From contig CATNEN010000033.1 of assembly GCA_950097015.1 (NCBI GenBank), positions 3,162,001 to 3,226,000 of the forward strand: 64,000 nucleotides of DNA, written 5' to 3'. Below, piece after piece: positions 1 through 14,213 of this stretch. The first letter of the stretch is position 1. Every line of letters begins with the position of its first letter. The stretch comes from Macrostomum hystrix (lineage: Eukaryota > Animalia > Platyhelminthes). The position numbers and the translations under genes are program-made. The notes beneath the pieces are model-generated. The model worked only from the letters and a program-made list of their open reading frames with translations, was not told where the DNA came from and made no database searches.

Positions 1-3000
1 ACTCCCCATCTTTTTACTTCACTCCCCATCTTCTTACTTCACTCCCCATCTTCTTACTTCACTCCCCATCTTTTTACTTCACTCCCCATCTTCTTACTTC
101 ACTCCCCATCTTCTTACTTCACTCCCCATCTTCTTACTTCACTCCCCATCTTCTTACTTCACTCCCCATCTTCTTACTTCACTCCCCATCTTCTTACTTC
201 ACTCCCCATCTTCTTACTTCACTCCCCATCTTCTTACTTCACTCCCCATCTTCTTACTTCACTCCCCATCTTCTTACTTCACTCCCCATCTTCTTACTTC
301 ACTCCCCATCTTCTTACTTCACTCCCCATCTTCTTACTTCACTCCGCAATCTTCTTACTTCACTCCCCATCTTCTTACTTCACTCCCCATCTTCTTACTT
401 CACTCCCCATCTTCTCACTCCACTCCCCATCTTCTTACTTCACTCCCCATCTTCTCATTCCACTCCCCATCTTCTCATTCCACTCCCCATCTTCTTACTT
501 CACTCCCCATCTTCTTACTTCACTCCCCATCTTATCTCTAGACTCCGCATCTTCTCACTTCACTCCCCATCTTCTTACTTCACTCCCCATCTTCTTTCTT
601 CACTCTCCATCTTCTCACTTCACTCCCCATCTTCTCACTTCACTCCCCATCTTCTCTCTCCACTCCCCATCTTCTCACTTCACTCCCCATCTTCTCTCTC
701 CACTCCCCATCTTCTCACTTCACTCCCCATCTTCTCACTCCACTCCCCATCTTCTCACTCCACTCCCCATCTTCTCACTTCACTCCCCATCTTCTCACTC
801 CACTCCCCATCTTCTCACTCCACTCCCCATCTTCTTACTTCACTCCCCATCTTCTTACTTCACTCCCCATCTTCTTACTTCACTCCCCATCTTCTTACTT
901 CACTCCCCATCTTCTTACTTCACTCCCCATCTTCTTACTTCACTCCCCATCTTCTTACTTCACTCCCCATCTTCTTACTTCACTCCCCATCTTCTTACTT
1001 CACTCCCCATCTTCTTACTTCACTCCCCATCTTCTTACTTCACTCCCCATCTTCTTACTTCACTCCCCATCTTCTTACTTCACTCCCCATCTTCTTACTT
1101 CACTCCCCATCTTCTTACTTCACTCCCCATCTTCTTACTTCACTCCCCATCTTTTTACTTCACTCCCCATCTTTTTACTTCACTCCCCATCTTCTTACTT
1201 CACTCCCCATCTTCTTACTTCACTCCCCATCTTTTTACTTCACTCCCCATCTTCTTACTTCACTCCCCATCTTCTTACTTCACTCCCCATCTTCTTACTT
1301 CACTCCCCATCTTCTTACTTCACTCCCCATCTTCTTACTTCACTCCCCATCTTCTTACTTCACTCCCCATCTTCTTACTTCACTCCCCATCTTCTTACTT
1401 CACTCCCCATCTTCTTACTTCACTCCCCATCTTCTTACTTCACTCCCCATCTTCTTACTTCACTCCCCATCTTCTTACTTCACTCCCCATCTTCTTACTT
1501 CACTCCGCAATCTTCTTACTTCACTCCCCATCTTCTTACTTCACTCCCCATCTTCTTACTTCACTCCCCATCTTCTCACTCCACTCCCCATCTTCTTACT
1601 TCACTCCCCATCTTCTCATTCCACTCCCCATCTTCTCATTCCACTCCCCATCTTCTTACTTCACTCCCCATCTTCTTACTTCACTCCCCATCTTATCTCT
1701 AGACTCCGCATCTTCTCACTTCACTCCCCATCTTCTTACTTCACTCCCCATCTTCTTTCTTCACTCTCCATCTTCTTACTTCACTCCCCATCTTTTTACT
1801 TCACTCCCCATCTTCTTACTTCACTCCCCCATCTTCTTACTTCACTCCCCATCTTCTTACTTCACTCCCCATCTTCTTACTTCACTCCCCATCTTCTTAC
1901 TTCACTCCCCATCTTCTTACTTCACTCCCCATCTTCTTACTTCACTCCCCATCTTCTTACTTCACTCCCCATCTTCTTACTTCACTCCCCATCTTCTTAC
2001 TTCACTCCCCATCTTTTTACTTCACTCCCCATCTTTTTACTTCACTCCCCATCTTCTTACTTCACTCCCCATCTTCTTACTTCACTCCCCATCTTCTTAC
2101 TTCACTCCCCATCTTCTTACTTCACTCCCCATCTTCTTACTTCACTCCCCATCTTCTTACTTCACTCCGCATCTTCTTACTTCACTCCCCATCTTCTTAC
2201 TTCACTCCGCAATCTTCTTACTTCACTCCCCATCTTCTTACTTCACTCCCCATCTTCTTACTTCACTCCCCATCTTCTCACTCCACTCCCCATCTTCTTA
2301 CTTCACTCCCCATCTTCTCATTCCACTCCCCATCTTCTCATTCCACTCCCCATCTTCTTACTTCACTCCCCATCTTCTTACTTCACTCCCCATCTTATCT
2401 CTAGACTCCGCATCTTCTCACTTCACTCCCCATCTTCTTACTTCACTCCCCATCTTCTTTCTTCACTCTCCATCTTCTTACTTCACTCCCCATCTTTTTA
2501 CTTCACTCCCCATCTTCTTACTTCACTCCCCATCTTCTTACTTCACTCCCCATCTTCTCATTCCACTCCCCATCTTCTTACTTCACTCCCCATCTTATCT
2601 CTAGACTCCGCATCTTCTCACTTCACTCCCCATCTTCTTACTTCACTCCCCATCTTCTTACTTCACTCCCCATCTTCTTACTTCACTCCCCATCTTCTTA
2701 CTTCACTCCCCATCTTCTTACTTCACTCCCCATCTTCTTACTCACTCCCCATCTTCTTACTTCACTCCCCATCTTCTTACTTCACTCCCCATCTTCTTAC
2801 TTCACTCCCCATCTTCTTACTTCACTCCCCATCTTCTTACTTCACTCCCCATCTTCTTACTTCACTCCCCATCTTCTTACTTCACTCCCCATCTTCTTAC
2901 TTCACTCCCCATCTTTTTACTTCACTCCCCATCTTTTTACTTCACTCCCCATCTTCTTACTTCACTCCCCATCTTCTTACTTCACTCCCCATCTTCTTAC

Positions 3001-6000
3001 TTCACTCCCCATCTTCTTACTTCACTCCCCATCTTCTTACTTCACTCCCCATCTTCTTACTTCACTCCGCATCTTCTTACTTCACTCCCCATCTTCTTAC
3101 TTCACTCCGCAATCTTCTTACTTCACTCCCCATCTTCTTACTTCACTCCCCATCTTCTTACTTCACTCCCCATCTTCTCACTCCACTCCCCATCTTCTTA
3201 CTTCACTCCCCATCTTCTCATTCCACTCCCCATCTTCTCATTCCACTCCCCATCTTCTTACTTCACTCCCCATCTTCTTACTTCACTCCCCATCTTATCT
3301 CTAGACTCCGCATCTTCTCACTTCACTCCCCATCTTCTTACTTCACTCCCCATCTTCTTTCTTCACTCTCTATCTTCTTACTTCACTCCCCATCTTTTTA
3401 CTTCACTCCCCATCTTCTTACTTCACTCCCCATCTTCTTACTTCACTCCCCATCTTCTTACTTCACTCCCCATCTTCTTACTTCACTCCCCATCTTCTTA
3501 CTTCACTCCCCATCTTCTTACTTCACTCCCCATCTTCTTACTTCACTCCCCATCTTCTTACTTCACTCCCCATCTTCTTACTTCACTCCCCATCTTCTTA
3601 CTTCACTCCCCATCTTTTTACTTCACTCCCCATCTTTTTACTTCACTCCCCATCTTCTTACTTCACTCCCCATCTTCTTACTTCACTCCCCATCTTCTTA
3701 CTTCACTCCCCATCTTCTTACTTCACTCCCCATCTTCTTACTTCACTCCCCATCTTATCTCTAGACTCAGCATCTTCTCACTCCACTCCCCATCTTCTTA
3801 CTTCACTCCCCATCTTCTTACTTCACTCCCCATCTTCTCATTCCACTCCCCATCTTCTTACTTCACTCCCCATCTTCTCTCTCAACTCCCCATATTCTCT
3901 CTCAACTCCCCATCTTCTCACTCCACTCCCCATCTTCTTACTTCACTCCCCATCTTCTCACTTCACTCCCCATCTTCTCTCTCCACTCCCTATCTTCTCA
4001 TTCCACTCCCCATCTTCTCATTCCACTCCCCATCTTCTCATTCAACTCCCCTTCTTCTTACTTCACTCCCCATCTTCTCTCTCAACTCCCCATCTTCTCA
4101 CTCCACTCCCCATCTTCTTACTCCACTCCCCATCTTCTCTCTCCACTCCCCATCTTCTCACTTCACTCCCCATCTTCTCACTCCACTCCCCATCTTCTCT
4201 CTCCACTCCCCATCTTCTCACTCCACTCCCCATCTTCTCACTTCACTCCCCATCTTCTCACTCCACTCCCCATCTTCTCACTTCACTCCCCATCTTCTCT
4301 CTCCACTCCCCATCTTCTCACTTCACTCCCCATCTTCTCTCTCCACTCCCCATCTTCTCACTCCACTCCCCATCTTCTCATTCCACTCCCCATCTTCTTA
4401 CTTCACTCCCCATCTTCTTACTTCACTCCCCATCTTCTCACTTCACTCCCCATCTTCTCTCTCCACTCCCCATCTTCTCACTCCACTCCCCATCTTCTTA
4501 CTTCACTCCCCATCTTCTCTCTCCACTCCCCATCTTCTCACTCCACTCCCCATCTTCTTACTTCACTCCCCATCTTATCTCTCCACTCCCCATCTTCTCT
4601 CTCAACTCCCCATCTTCTCACTCCACTCCCCATCTTCTTACTTCACTCCCCATCTTCTCTCTCCACTCCCCATCTTCTCACTCCACTCTCCATCTTCTTA
4701 CTTCACTCCCCATCTTTTTACTTCACTCCCCATCTTCTTACTTCACTCCCCATCTTCTTACTTCACTCCCCATCTTCTTACTTCACTCCCCATCTTCTTA
4801 CTTCACTCCCCATCTTCTTACTTCACTCCCCATCTTCTTACTTCACTCCCCATCTTCTTACTTCACTCCCCATCTTCTTACTTCACTCCCCATCTTCTTA
4901 CTTCACTCCCCATCTTCTTACTTCACTCCCCATCTTTTTACTTCACTCCCCATCTTTTTACTTCACTCCCCATCTTCTTACTTCACTCCCCATCTTCTTA
5001 CTTCACTCCCCATCTTCTTACTTCACTCCCCATCTTCTTACTTCACTCCCCATCTTCTTACTTCACTCCCCATCTTCTTACTTCACTCCGCATCTTCTTA
5101 CTTCACTCCCCATCTTCTTACTTCACTCCGCAATCTTCTTACTTCACTCCCCATCTTCTTACTTCACTCCCCATCTTCTTACTTCACTCCCCATCTTCTC
5201 ACTCCACTCCCCATCTTCTTACTTCACTCCCCATCTTCTCATTCCACTCCCCATCTTCTCATTCCACTCCCCATCTTCTTACTTCACTCCCCATCTTCTT
5301 ACTTCACTCCCCATCTTATCTCTAGACTCCGCATCTTCTTACTTCACTCCCCATCTTCTTACTTCACTCCCCATCTTCTTTCTTCACTCTCCATCTTCTT
5401 ACTTCACTCCCCATCTTTTTACTTCACTCCCCATCTTCTTACTTCACTCCCCATCTTCTTACTTCACTCCCCATCTTCTTACTTCACTCCCCATCTTCTT
5501 ACTTCACTCCCCATCTTCTTACTTCACTCCCCATCTTCTTACTTCACTCCCCATCTTCTTACTTCACTCCCCATCTTCTTACTTCACTCCCCATCTTCTT
5601 ACTTCACTCCCCATCTTCTTACTTCACTCCCCATCTTTTTACTTCACTCCCCATCTTTTTACTTCACTCCCCATCTTCTTACTTCACTCCCCATCTTCTT
5701 ACTTCACTCCCCATCTTCTTACTTCACTCCCCATCTTCTTACTTCACTCCCCATCTTCTTACTTCACTCCCCATCTTATCTCTAGACTCAGCATCTTCTC
5801 ACTCCACTCCCCATCTTCTTACTTCACTCCCCATCTTCTTACTTCACTCCCCATCTTCTCATTCCACTCCCCATCTTCTTACTTCACTCCCCATCTTCTC
5901 TCTCAACTCCCCATATTCTCTCTCAACTCCCCATCTTCTCACTCCACTCCCCATCTTCTTACTTCACTCCCCATCTTCTCACTTCACTCCCCATCTTCTC

Positions 6001-7010
6001 TCTCCACTCCCTATCTTCTCATTCCACTCCCCATCTTCTCATTCCACTCCCCATCTTCTCATTCCACTCCCCATCTTCTTACTTCACTCCCCATCTTCTC
6101 TCTCAACTCCCCATCTTCTCACTCCACTCCCCATCTTCTTACTCCACTCCCCATCTTCTCTCTCCACTCCCCATCTTCTCACTTCACTCCCCATCTTCTC
6201 ACTCCACTCCCCATCTTCTCTCTCCACTCCCCATCTTCTCACTCCACTCCCCATCTTCTCACTTCACTCCCCATCTTCTCACTCCACTCCCCATCTTCTC
6301 ACTTCACTCCCCATCTTCTCTCTCCACTCCCCATCTTCTCACTTCACTCCCCATCTTCTCTCTCCACTCCCCATCTTCTCACTCCACTCCCCATCTTCTC
6401 ATTCCACTCCCCATCTTCTTACTTCACTCCCCATCTTCTTACTTCACTCCCCATCTTCTCACTTCACTCCCCATCTTCTCTCTCCACTCCCCATCTTCTC
6501 ACTCCACTCCCCATCTTCTTACTTCACTCCCCATCTTCTCTCTCCACTCCCCATCTTCTCACTCCACTCCCCATCTTCTTACTTCACTCCCCATCTTATC
6601 TCTCCACTCCCCATCTTCTACTCAACTCCCCATCTTCTCACTCCACTCCCCATCTTCTTACTTCACTCCCCATCTTCTCTTACTCCACTCCCCATCTTCT
6701 CACTCCACTCCCCATCTTCTTACTTCACTCCCCATCTTCTCTCTCCACTCCCCATCTTCTCACTCCACTCCCTATCTTCTTACTTCACTCCCCATCTTCT
6801 TACTTCACTCCCCATCTTCTCTCTCCACTCCCCATCTTCTCACTCCACTCCCCATCTTCTTACTTCACTCCCCATCTTATCTCTCCACTCCCCATCTTCT
6901 CTCTCAACTCCCCATCTTCTCACTCCACTCCCCATCTTCTTACTTCACTCCCCATCCTATCATTCCGATCCCCATCTTCTCACTTCGATCCTCATCTTCT
7001 CATTTTGCTC
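1..7010. repeat. 20-bp satellite array (ACTCCCCATCTTCTTACTTC)n, about 350 copies, truncated by the window start
   Basis: Read directly from the sequence. Variant units recur in blocks, and the array decays into unique sequence near 7000-7060. Confidence 0.98.
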
Positions 7011-7506
7011 TCAATCTTCTCATTCCTCTCCCCATATTTATTTGATTCCCATCTTCTCATTCTGTCACTTCTTCATTCCAATTTTTTCGTCCCTCTGCGC
7101 CGTTAGACTTTTTAATGTATGATATTCTTGTCTAGAAGTACAGCAATCAAAATTAAGTATTTAATTTTTAAATCAATTTGCATCTGAGTGTTAAAAGCTT
7201 CCTAGTCGCCATATTATCTTAGATATACACTTAAAAGCACTCCAACACATATATATATTTAATTTGTAACCCTTCTGGCCTTTTTGTTAATCCTCGTTAC
7301 ATTGAAGCGCAAGATATTGTCAAGTTTTTATTTTACATTGAACAATTAGAATCAGATATTAGAGTATTTGCCATCTCGCAGTGGAGGATGGACACAGAAT
7401 TGGTCGCAGATACAACAGGGAAACCATGCTGGCTACCATAAAAGTTGCATATAAGTTCTAATGGGCACAATTGTGAACGGCATTTCAGAAGGATGAGAGA
7501 GAGAGT

Positions 7507-10500
7507 TCAGTAGAGGCTCTTGCCGCTTGCCAGCCAAGCCTTGCGCATGGGGTGCATCTTTGGGTCGATCCACTCCATGTTGGCGGCCGCGCGCAGTCGC
7601 TCCAGCTCGCGCTCCCGCTCCTGCCGAAGTCGCTCCTCCTCGCGCCGGTGCTCCTCCTCCTGCAGCTGGCGCAGGTGTTCGTTGAAGTTGATCTGCGCCT
7701 TCAGCTCGCCGCCAAAGTTAATGTTTTTCTGGTGACGAGCAGCCGCCTCTTCGCGCTCCTCCGCCTTCATGGCCTCGATGCGGGCCAGGATATTGGCCTT
7801 CTCCTCGGCTGCCTCGCGCTGACGGCGTTCATTGGCCAGCAGGCGCTCCTGGATCTGCGTCCTGCGCTCCGCCATCACCTGCTCCAGCAGCTGCCGTCTG
7901 GCCTCCTTCTCGCGACGCCATTGGTCCAGCCGCTTCTGCCACTGCTGCTGAATCTCTGCGTCTAGTAGGCGCTCCAGCTCCGCCTCTCTGCAAAGCAATG
8001 AGGATTGGCTAATGCTTGATGAGGACTGGACGATGCTTAATGAGGATTGGACGATGCTTGACAAGGATTTGCTTTTTCTCGATGAGGATTGGACGATGCT
8101 TGATAAGGATTGGCTGGTACTCGATGAGGATTGGACGATGCTTGATGAGGATTGGACGATACTTGATGAGGATTGGACGATGCTTGATGAGGATTGGACG
8201 ATGCTTGATGAAGATTGGACGATGCTTGATGAGGATTGGACGATGCTTGATGAAGATTGGACGATGCTTGATAAGGATTGGCTGGTACTCGATGAGGATT
8301 GGACGATGCTTGATGAGGATTGGACGATACTTGATGAGGATTGGACGATGCTTGATGAGGATTGGACGATGCTTGATGAAGATTTATTTTAGCATAGTAG
8401 TTTTCGTACTTGTTTTTGACTGATTATTTAACTTATCAATCTGAGTTTTTAGCATCAGCAGCAGCAACAATCCTCACCTGGCCTTCTCCTCCTCCATCAT
8501 GTTGTGCAGGTACTCCCTGTACCGCCGATCCTCCTCGCGCATCGCCAACTTCTTGGCCCGCGTGTTGGCCTCCTCGACGCGGCTCTCCTCAGCCAGCTGC
8601 TCCAGGATCTTCAAGTCGAAGGCCAGCTCCTCCTGGGCCTCGCGAGCCTTCTGGCGCATCCGCAGCCGGATGTTCCTGTCCAGCATTCGGCGGGTCTCCT
8701 GCTCCTTGCGGCGGCGCTCCTCGGCCGCCTGCGCCACCTCCACCTGAATTGATATATTTGTTTGAATGTAAAATTTATCGACTAACTACAAGTGGCTCAG
8801 CGGAAATTTAGATTTTTATCTACCTTTCTCAGCTCCTCCATCTCGCGGACCAGCTGAGCCTCCTCCTCCTTGAGCTTCAGCTCCTCATCCCGGCGAGCCC
8901 TGAAGGCCGCCCTCTGCTGTTCCAGCACCTCCACCGTCTCCATCTCTCGCCGGCGCCTCTCGGCGAGGTCGCGCTCTTCCCGACCTGCCTTGGCCGCCAA
9001 CTCCTCCTTCCACAGCTCGTGGAAGTACTGTTCCTCGGCTTTGCGCTGCGCCTCCAGGCGCTGCTTCAGATGCACCTGACAGGTTTGAGTGTTGGGTGGG
9101 GAGTAGCTACAGGAGAATCTGATGAGGCCTCAGTGTGATTTAGTAAGGCTTCAGGTGAATCTGGTAGGGCTTCAGGATGATTTTGTTAGGTTTCAGGTGG
9201 ATTTGATAAGGCTTCAGCGGATCTGGTGAGGTTTTAGGCGGATCTGATGAAGCTCAGGTCGATCTGGTGAGGCTTCAGGCGGATATGATGTAGTTTCAGG
9301 TGGATCTGGTGAGGCTTTAGTTAGACGTACAAAGGTTATTTTTCAATTTAAAAGAATTGTTAATGTGCAGATATTGGCTAAGTCAGTAAAGCAAGATGCT
9401 ACACACAAAGCTATCGAACCTGGTTGTCCCGCTCGGCGATGACCTCCGCCAGGTGACGCTTCTGCAAGTTGGTCCGCAGCTCCTCGCTCTGCTCGCGCCA
9501 AAGCTCGTTCATCTTCTGCTCCACCAGCTGCTGGCGCTCCGCCTCCTTCTCCTCGCGCAGCTGGCGCGCCCGCTCCCGCATCTTGGCCTGCCGCTCCAGC
9601 ACGGTCTCCTGGCTGGCGTCCATCTCCTCAAGGTGGCGCCGCTCGTCGGCTTCCAGCAGCGCGCGCAGCCGGTCCCGGCGCTCCTCGATGCGCATCTCCA
9701 TCTGGCGCCGGTGCTCCTGAAGTCGCCTGCTGACTGCCTTCCGCTGCAGCTTCTTGCTGGTCTGCTGCTCCCAGTCGCTACGCATGTCCGTCAGGGCCTG
9801 GGCGCGCACCTGGGCCTCCGTCTCGGCGCGGCGAGCGGCTTCCTCTCGGCTCTGCTGGATGATCCAGTCGCCGGCGCCGCTGCCTGGGGTGCGGCCCAGC
9901 TGGCGTGGTTGGAAATTATTCAAAATAATTTTTTTGTTTTTCATTCTTAACTAGCATCCGTTAACAGCGCTTTTCATATCTACTTGAAGTAGTCACTAGA
10001 TTTGTGATAAACTGAGTTATTAAAACTTTAAATGTCTGTTTCTTCTATAGTTCAACATTTCCAACATTATTAAAATATACGAGCGTATTTATATATTTAT
10101 GGAGTTTTTGCTGAATTAAATATTTTATATAGATTTTAAAATGGCAATTTTTAAAACCAAAAGCAATGGTCACAATCAAAAACTCCCAGAATTTTTATTA
10201 AGGTTAATGCATATTTGATGCAATATGCAACAGAAAAGATTCTAACGTAAAACACTGAGCTTTACTAATTCTCTTAGAAAAAGTGAACAAAATGCACTTT
10301 TGCTTCTTCAGTGTTTATTCCTAAAAGCATCCTTTTGTTTTTATATTGCAATGTTTCAGATTATGTAGCATCTGCATTAATGAATCACCATTACCTGCAA
10401 ACTAAAAAAGTAAGCAAGCACACAAAAATTCTCTAAAAAACATTTCGAGCACATCATGTCACTTTATACACAGAAAATATATTAGTTAAAGATAATCAGC

Positions 10501-10945
10501 GTTCGAAATCGAAATAAGCATTTTGTTGCATTTTAGTTAAATTTAATATAACTTTATTCTTCTTAGACCCGAGACTCAAAATTTAAATATTTAAATTATT
10601 TTTAAGGGGACATGCCTCATAGAACCAAATGAATGAGTGTATTTTGTAAGCTAAATACGATGTTTCTTCATTCACATAAGACTTCTGGGCATAATTTGTT
10701 GTTTCCTTCCACTATAAAAATTTATATGTTTTAGAAAATCAGACTCACGTATGTATTTGTGTCTTATCTTATTTCGTCCCAGCTGTTGAATATTTACACG
10801 TAAATATTAAAGCTGTGCTATTAATACGAGCTAAATTGAGCTCAGATGAGCTTAGAAGTAAAGTATTACTTACAATGCCCACACTGTTTGGCTCAGGGCC
10901 ACGAAATTCTCTCTGACGAGTTCTTCTTTTCTCTACAGAAAGCAT
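7507..10945 (-). CDS. CFAP53: Cilia- and flagella-associated protein 53 (CCDC11), 516 aa, 5 exons
   Basis: Exons 10945-10874, 9899-9420, 9075-8824, 8743-8478 and 7987-7507. All introns are GT-AG with consistent phases (0,0,0,2); CDS 1551 nt. E/R/Q coiled coil with N-terminal QREFRGPEP and C-terminal HPMRKA, matching the recalled human CFAP53 (QREVKGPTP ... HPMRKA, about 514 aa). Confidence 0.9.
8000..8385. repeat. 21-bp minisatellite (GATGAGGATTGGACGATGCTT)n in CFAP53 intron 4
   Basis: About 18 copies, starting about 12 bp from the acceptor. Source of the spurious DEDWTML ORF. Confidence 0.95.
9115..9320. repeat. Degenerate ~21-bp minisatellite (GGATCTGGTGAGGCTTCAGGC-like) in CFAP53 intron 2
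   Basis: About 9 diverged copies visible. Confidence 0.7.
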
Positions 10946-12473
10946 AGTGACTTGCTGTTTTGAAAGAACAGAAAAATATAATGTAAGTAAAATAAAGAAT
11001 TCAAATGGCCTCACAACTGTCTCTTAAACCATGGCGCTTAGATCCATATCATCAATAATAGTTAATCAATATTGATAGTATTATTACTTGTTATTTTTTA
11101 TAAAAGTGATTTATTTTTTCATTGAATGCTTTATTAGAAAAAACATTAAATACTTTTTGTTTAACTTTGCAAGCGGAAATTTAATGCAAATCCGATTAAC
11201 AATGTTGGTCTCTTACAATACAATATTAATTAAATATTTCTGCTATATTTAAAACCCTCCAAGCTTTATAAAATGCTCTGCATGTTGATAGTTCAATGCA
11301 AAGCAATAAAAAAGGCTCGATAAAATTTGCGCAACGCTTTAAAATTCCATTTTTCATCAGCAGACTTCTTTCATAGTCGTGCCTCTAGCAGCATACTGAT
11401 GGTTATAGGATCATCTTTTTATTAATTTATTTATTAAAGCTGCATGTATATAATCAAAGCAAATATTTGTCATTTGATGAAATGAACAAAAGATACAGGC
11501 CCTAATTAAAAATCTTGCATCGTAGAAAAAATAAAATAATGGAATGATTTTTTTATAAACGTTTTAATTATTACATTTTTACAAATGTAACGATAGATCT
11601 AAATGACACTTTAGTAGAGCCAATTTTTTTCTGCATATAGCTAACGCTTATCCAGAGAATCCTGCGATTTTAGACACATTCAATTGAAATATATTAGTAT
11701 TTAAGCATTCTGGTTAGTTGACCAATTGAGATTTCCAACAAATTATCTTTGTGTTCATGTTTCTTTGTTACCCAAGTGCGAACGCTCTCCTCTCAGTGAT
11801 GATATTTGTAAGCTAACTAATGTAGCTCAGTGTCAGTTCAGAGAGACTAAAATCTGGAGAAGCGGCTTTTTGGCAAACTCACTATGCCCCTCGCCATAGT
11901 TAGCTGATCTGCACTACTGTCAAGAACACTCGTTATATTACGAGCGTACTTGTGATTTGATCATGCAAATCTGCTAGTTTTTTCTTGAGAAAGCCTCGCC
12001 AACTCTATATTCAAATTGATCAGAAAGGGAGACTTCAAAGCCATCTGCGCATCTGCTGGACTTGACTCCGAGCGTGCCCGCTCACTAGAAGTTGCCTCAG
12101 CTGCCTAAACCAATACGCTGACAGTTGGAGACTTGAAAACCACTTTAAACAACAGCGCGAAAGCTCTGCACCCAACCTGAAACTGTTTGCTTTGGCTTGA
12201 ATCCATCGAAGCTACTAAATCCATCAAGGGGAGCCTAATAAAGTAATTGAAGCTGACAAGCCATGCAGAGGATGGAATTCCAGACCGACGGAGATTCATG
12301 TCAACACCAAAACTAGCTAGAGTGCAAGAGGATGCGAGAATCAGTGCATAATAACATTCTCAATCCCAAGATTCCATGAAAATATATCTGTTTTTGATCG
12401 GCTGCATATACAAAGCCAATTGCCATGTTGAAAATTTGCTGCTTTTGGCGCCAATTTAAAATCGCATTAAAAA

Positions 12474-14213
12474 TCAGCGGCGCATGGGCTGCATTGGAAT
12501 GGATACCAGGCTGTCAGCCAGGGCGGCGGAGCAGCTGGTGCCGGCCGCCCCGGGACGATGTCGACCGCGCGAAGAGAATGCCGCCCCACCGCCGAATCCG
12601 GTGAGGGAGCCGCGCTCAGCCGCCAGGAGAGCCGCTGGCGGCAGTCGGTGGTGCTCCTGCCTCCGGCGCCAGAAAAGCAGGCGCGAGCGGAACTGTCTGT
12701 TCGTCACCGCGTAGCTGATAAAGTTGAGAACAGAGTCCGACACGATGCAGACGTTGCTGAGCCAGAACAGGTTGCCGCCAAGGCGAGCGAAATACTCCAG
12801 ATTGTACAGGACCAAAACTGGAGACTCGCACAGCAGGAACACAACGCACAGGTATGCTACCATGAGGTGCACGCGGTCAGATCTATCGTGACCTTCAGAA
12901 TGCTTGTTTGGCTCTTCCATTGGCTCCTGCTGATGCGAAACTGCGGGCTCCGTTGTGACCGTCTGCAGGCGCAGGGTGGAGAGGGTCACCTGGATACAAT
13001 ACAGGCTGCTTACGAACAGCATTGTGATCCAAGAAACATGAAACAAGAAAAGTATCGGGATCTAGGACAAAATCGTATAGGATCGAGGACAATCACCTCG
13101 AGATCTGGGACAAAAGCCTCGGGATATAGGATGAAGCCCTCAAAATGTGGTTTGATGGCATTTTCTTTAGAAAGTCAAAACGCTACAAACACTTGGGGAC
13201 AGTACCGGAATCCGACTGACCTCCCGCTGGTGCAGGTGACGGCGCAGTCCGGTGCGCCTATTTGCGCGGCGCCTAGCCAGTAGACGCAGCGCGGCGGCGC
13301 TGGACAGTCCGAAGACGCAGAGCAGAGGTAACAGGGTCTGCAGGAGGCCGCACAGATGAGCTTCAAAATAGAAAAACCACGGATGTGAGTAAAGGTGGGG
13401 CAGGACCACCGCTTTGCTTTCGTCTTCCTGGTAGCAGTAGACAGCCTTGGTGCGGAGGCCCCGCACTAAACTGACGGCCAAGCCAATGGTTACCATGGCA
13501 ACCATGAGGCAGTAGCTGCGCCGCCGGTTCAGTAAGCGTCGGCTGGTGATGCGCAGGATGGCCTCGAAGCGAACCAGTGACAGCGCGGCGATGGCCCAGT
13601 TGCGAAAGAGCAGAGCCGCCAGCCCAAGGACTTGAATTGCGCCCCCCAGGTGGAACATGGCAACGGTTGCTGGAGCCGGCTCGAAGTGGGGAAATTTCAC
13701 GCACGGTTGGGCCGCCAGGTAGAAGACAAAGTGGCTCAGCAGGCAGGAGTTCAGGCAGACTTCGCTAGCGCACAGGCTGGTGATCCACAGCAGTAGGATG
13801 CCGTTGCCGGTCACGTGACTTTTGAACACGGCGAGAGCCCAGGAGTTCAGCAGAAGGGCCAGCAGGCTGAGGGGCAGCAGGAGGCGGGCCTGGAAACGCG
13901 GGGGTGTTTGACGACACCTCGAAACAGCAACACTGAGCTCAATACATGAGAACATATGCTCAACACATGGGAAAAGATACGCAACACCTGGGAACAGAAG
14001 CTCAACACTTGGGAACGGAGACGTAGCAAGGTAAAATCCTACAAGCGATGCTACATCGAATTCACAGAAAATCTGTCAGTACCACTGAGCACAATCTCAA
14101 AGCCTATGAAAAAGCCCTACCTCCAAGTCCAGCGGCTGCGGGCAGTGAGCCCAGCTGAAGTTGCCGATGGAGCTGCAGTTCTGCTGCTCACCAATTATTG
14201 GCAGGGGCAGCAT
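12474..14213 (-). CDS. Orphan class A (rhodopsin-like) GPCR, FMRFamide/sex-peptide-receptor-like, 416 aa, 3 exons
   Basis: Exons 14213-14121 (MLPLPIIGEQQNCSSIGNFSW..., two N-glycosylation sequons), 13889-13221 and 12962-12474, all phase 0, GT-AG. Seven hydrophobic segments, with the DRY variant SLVRFEAI, TM6 FLLCESP and the NPxxY variant LNFISY. Confidence 0.85.

Noticed and set aside
7520-9950. Plus-strand ORFs overlapping CFAP53, and similar shadow ORFs over the GPCR, TRP, SLU7 and ESCO exons
   Set aside because: Antisense or alternative-frame shadows of GC-rich exons.
11740-12420. Possible pseudogene or transposase relic (YADSWRLENHFKQ resembles a DDE C-terminal motif)
   Set aside because: A single short motif with several stops in all frames. 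No family can be supported without a search.
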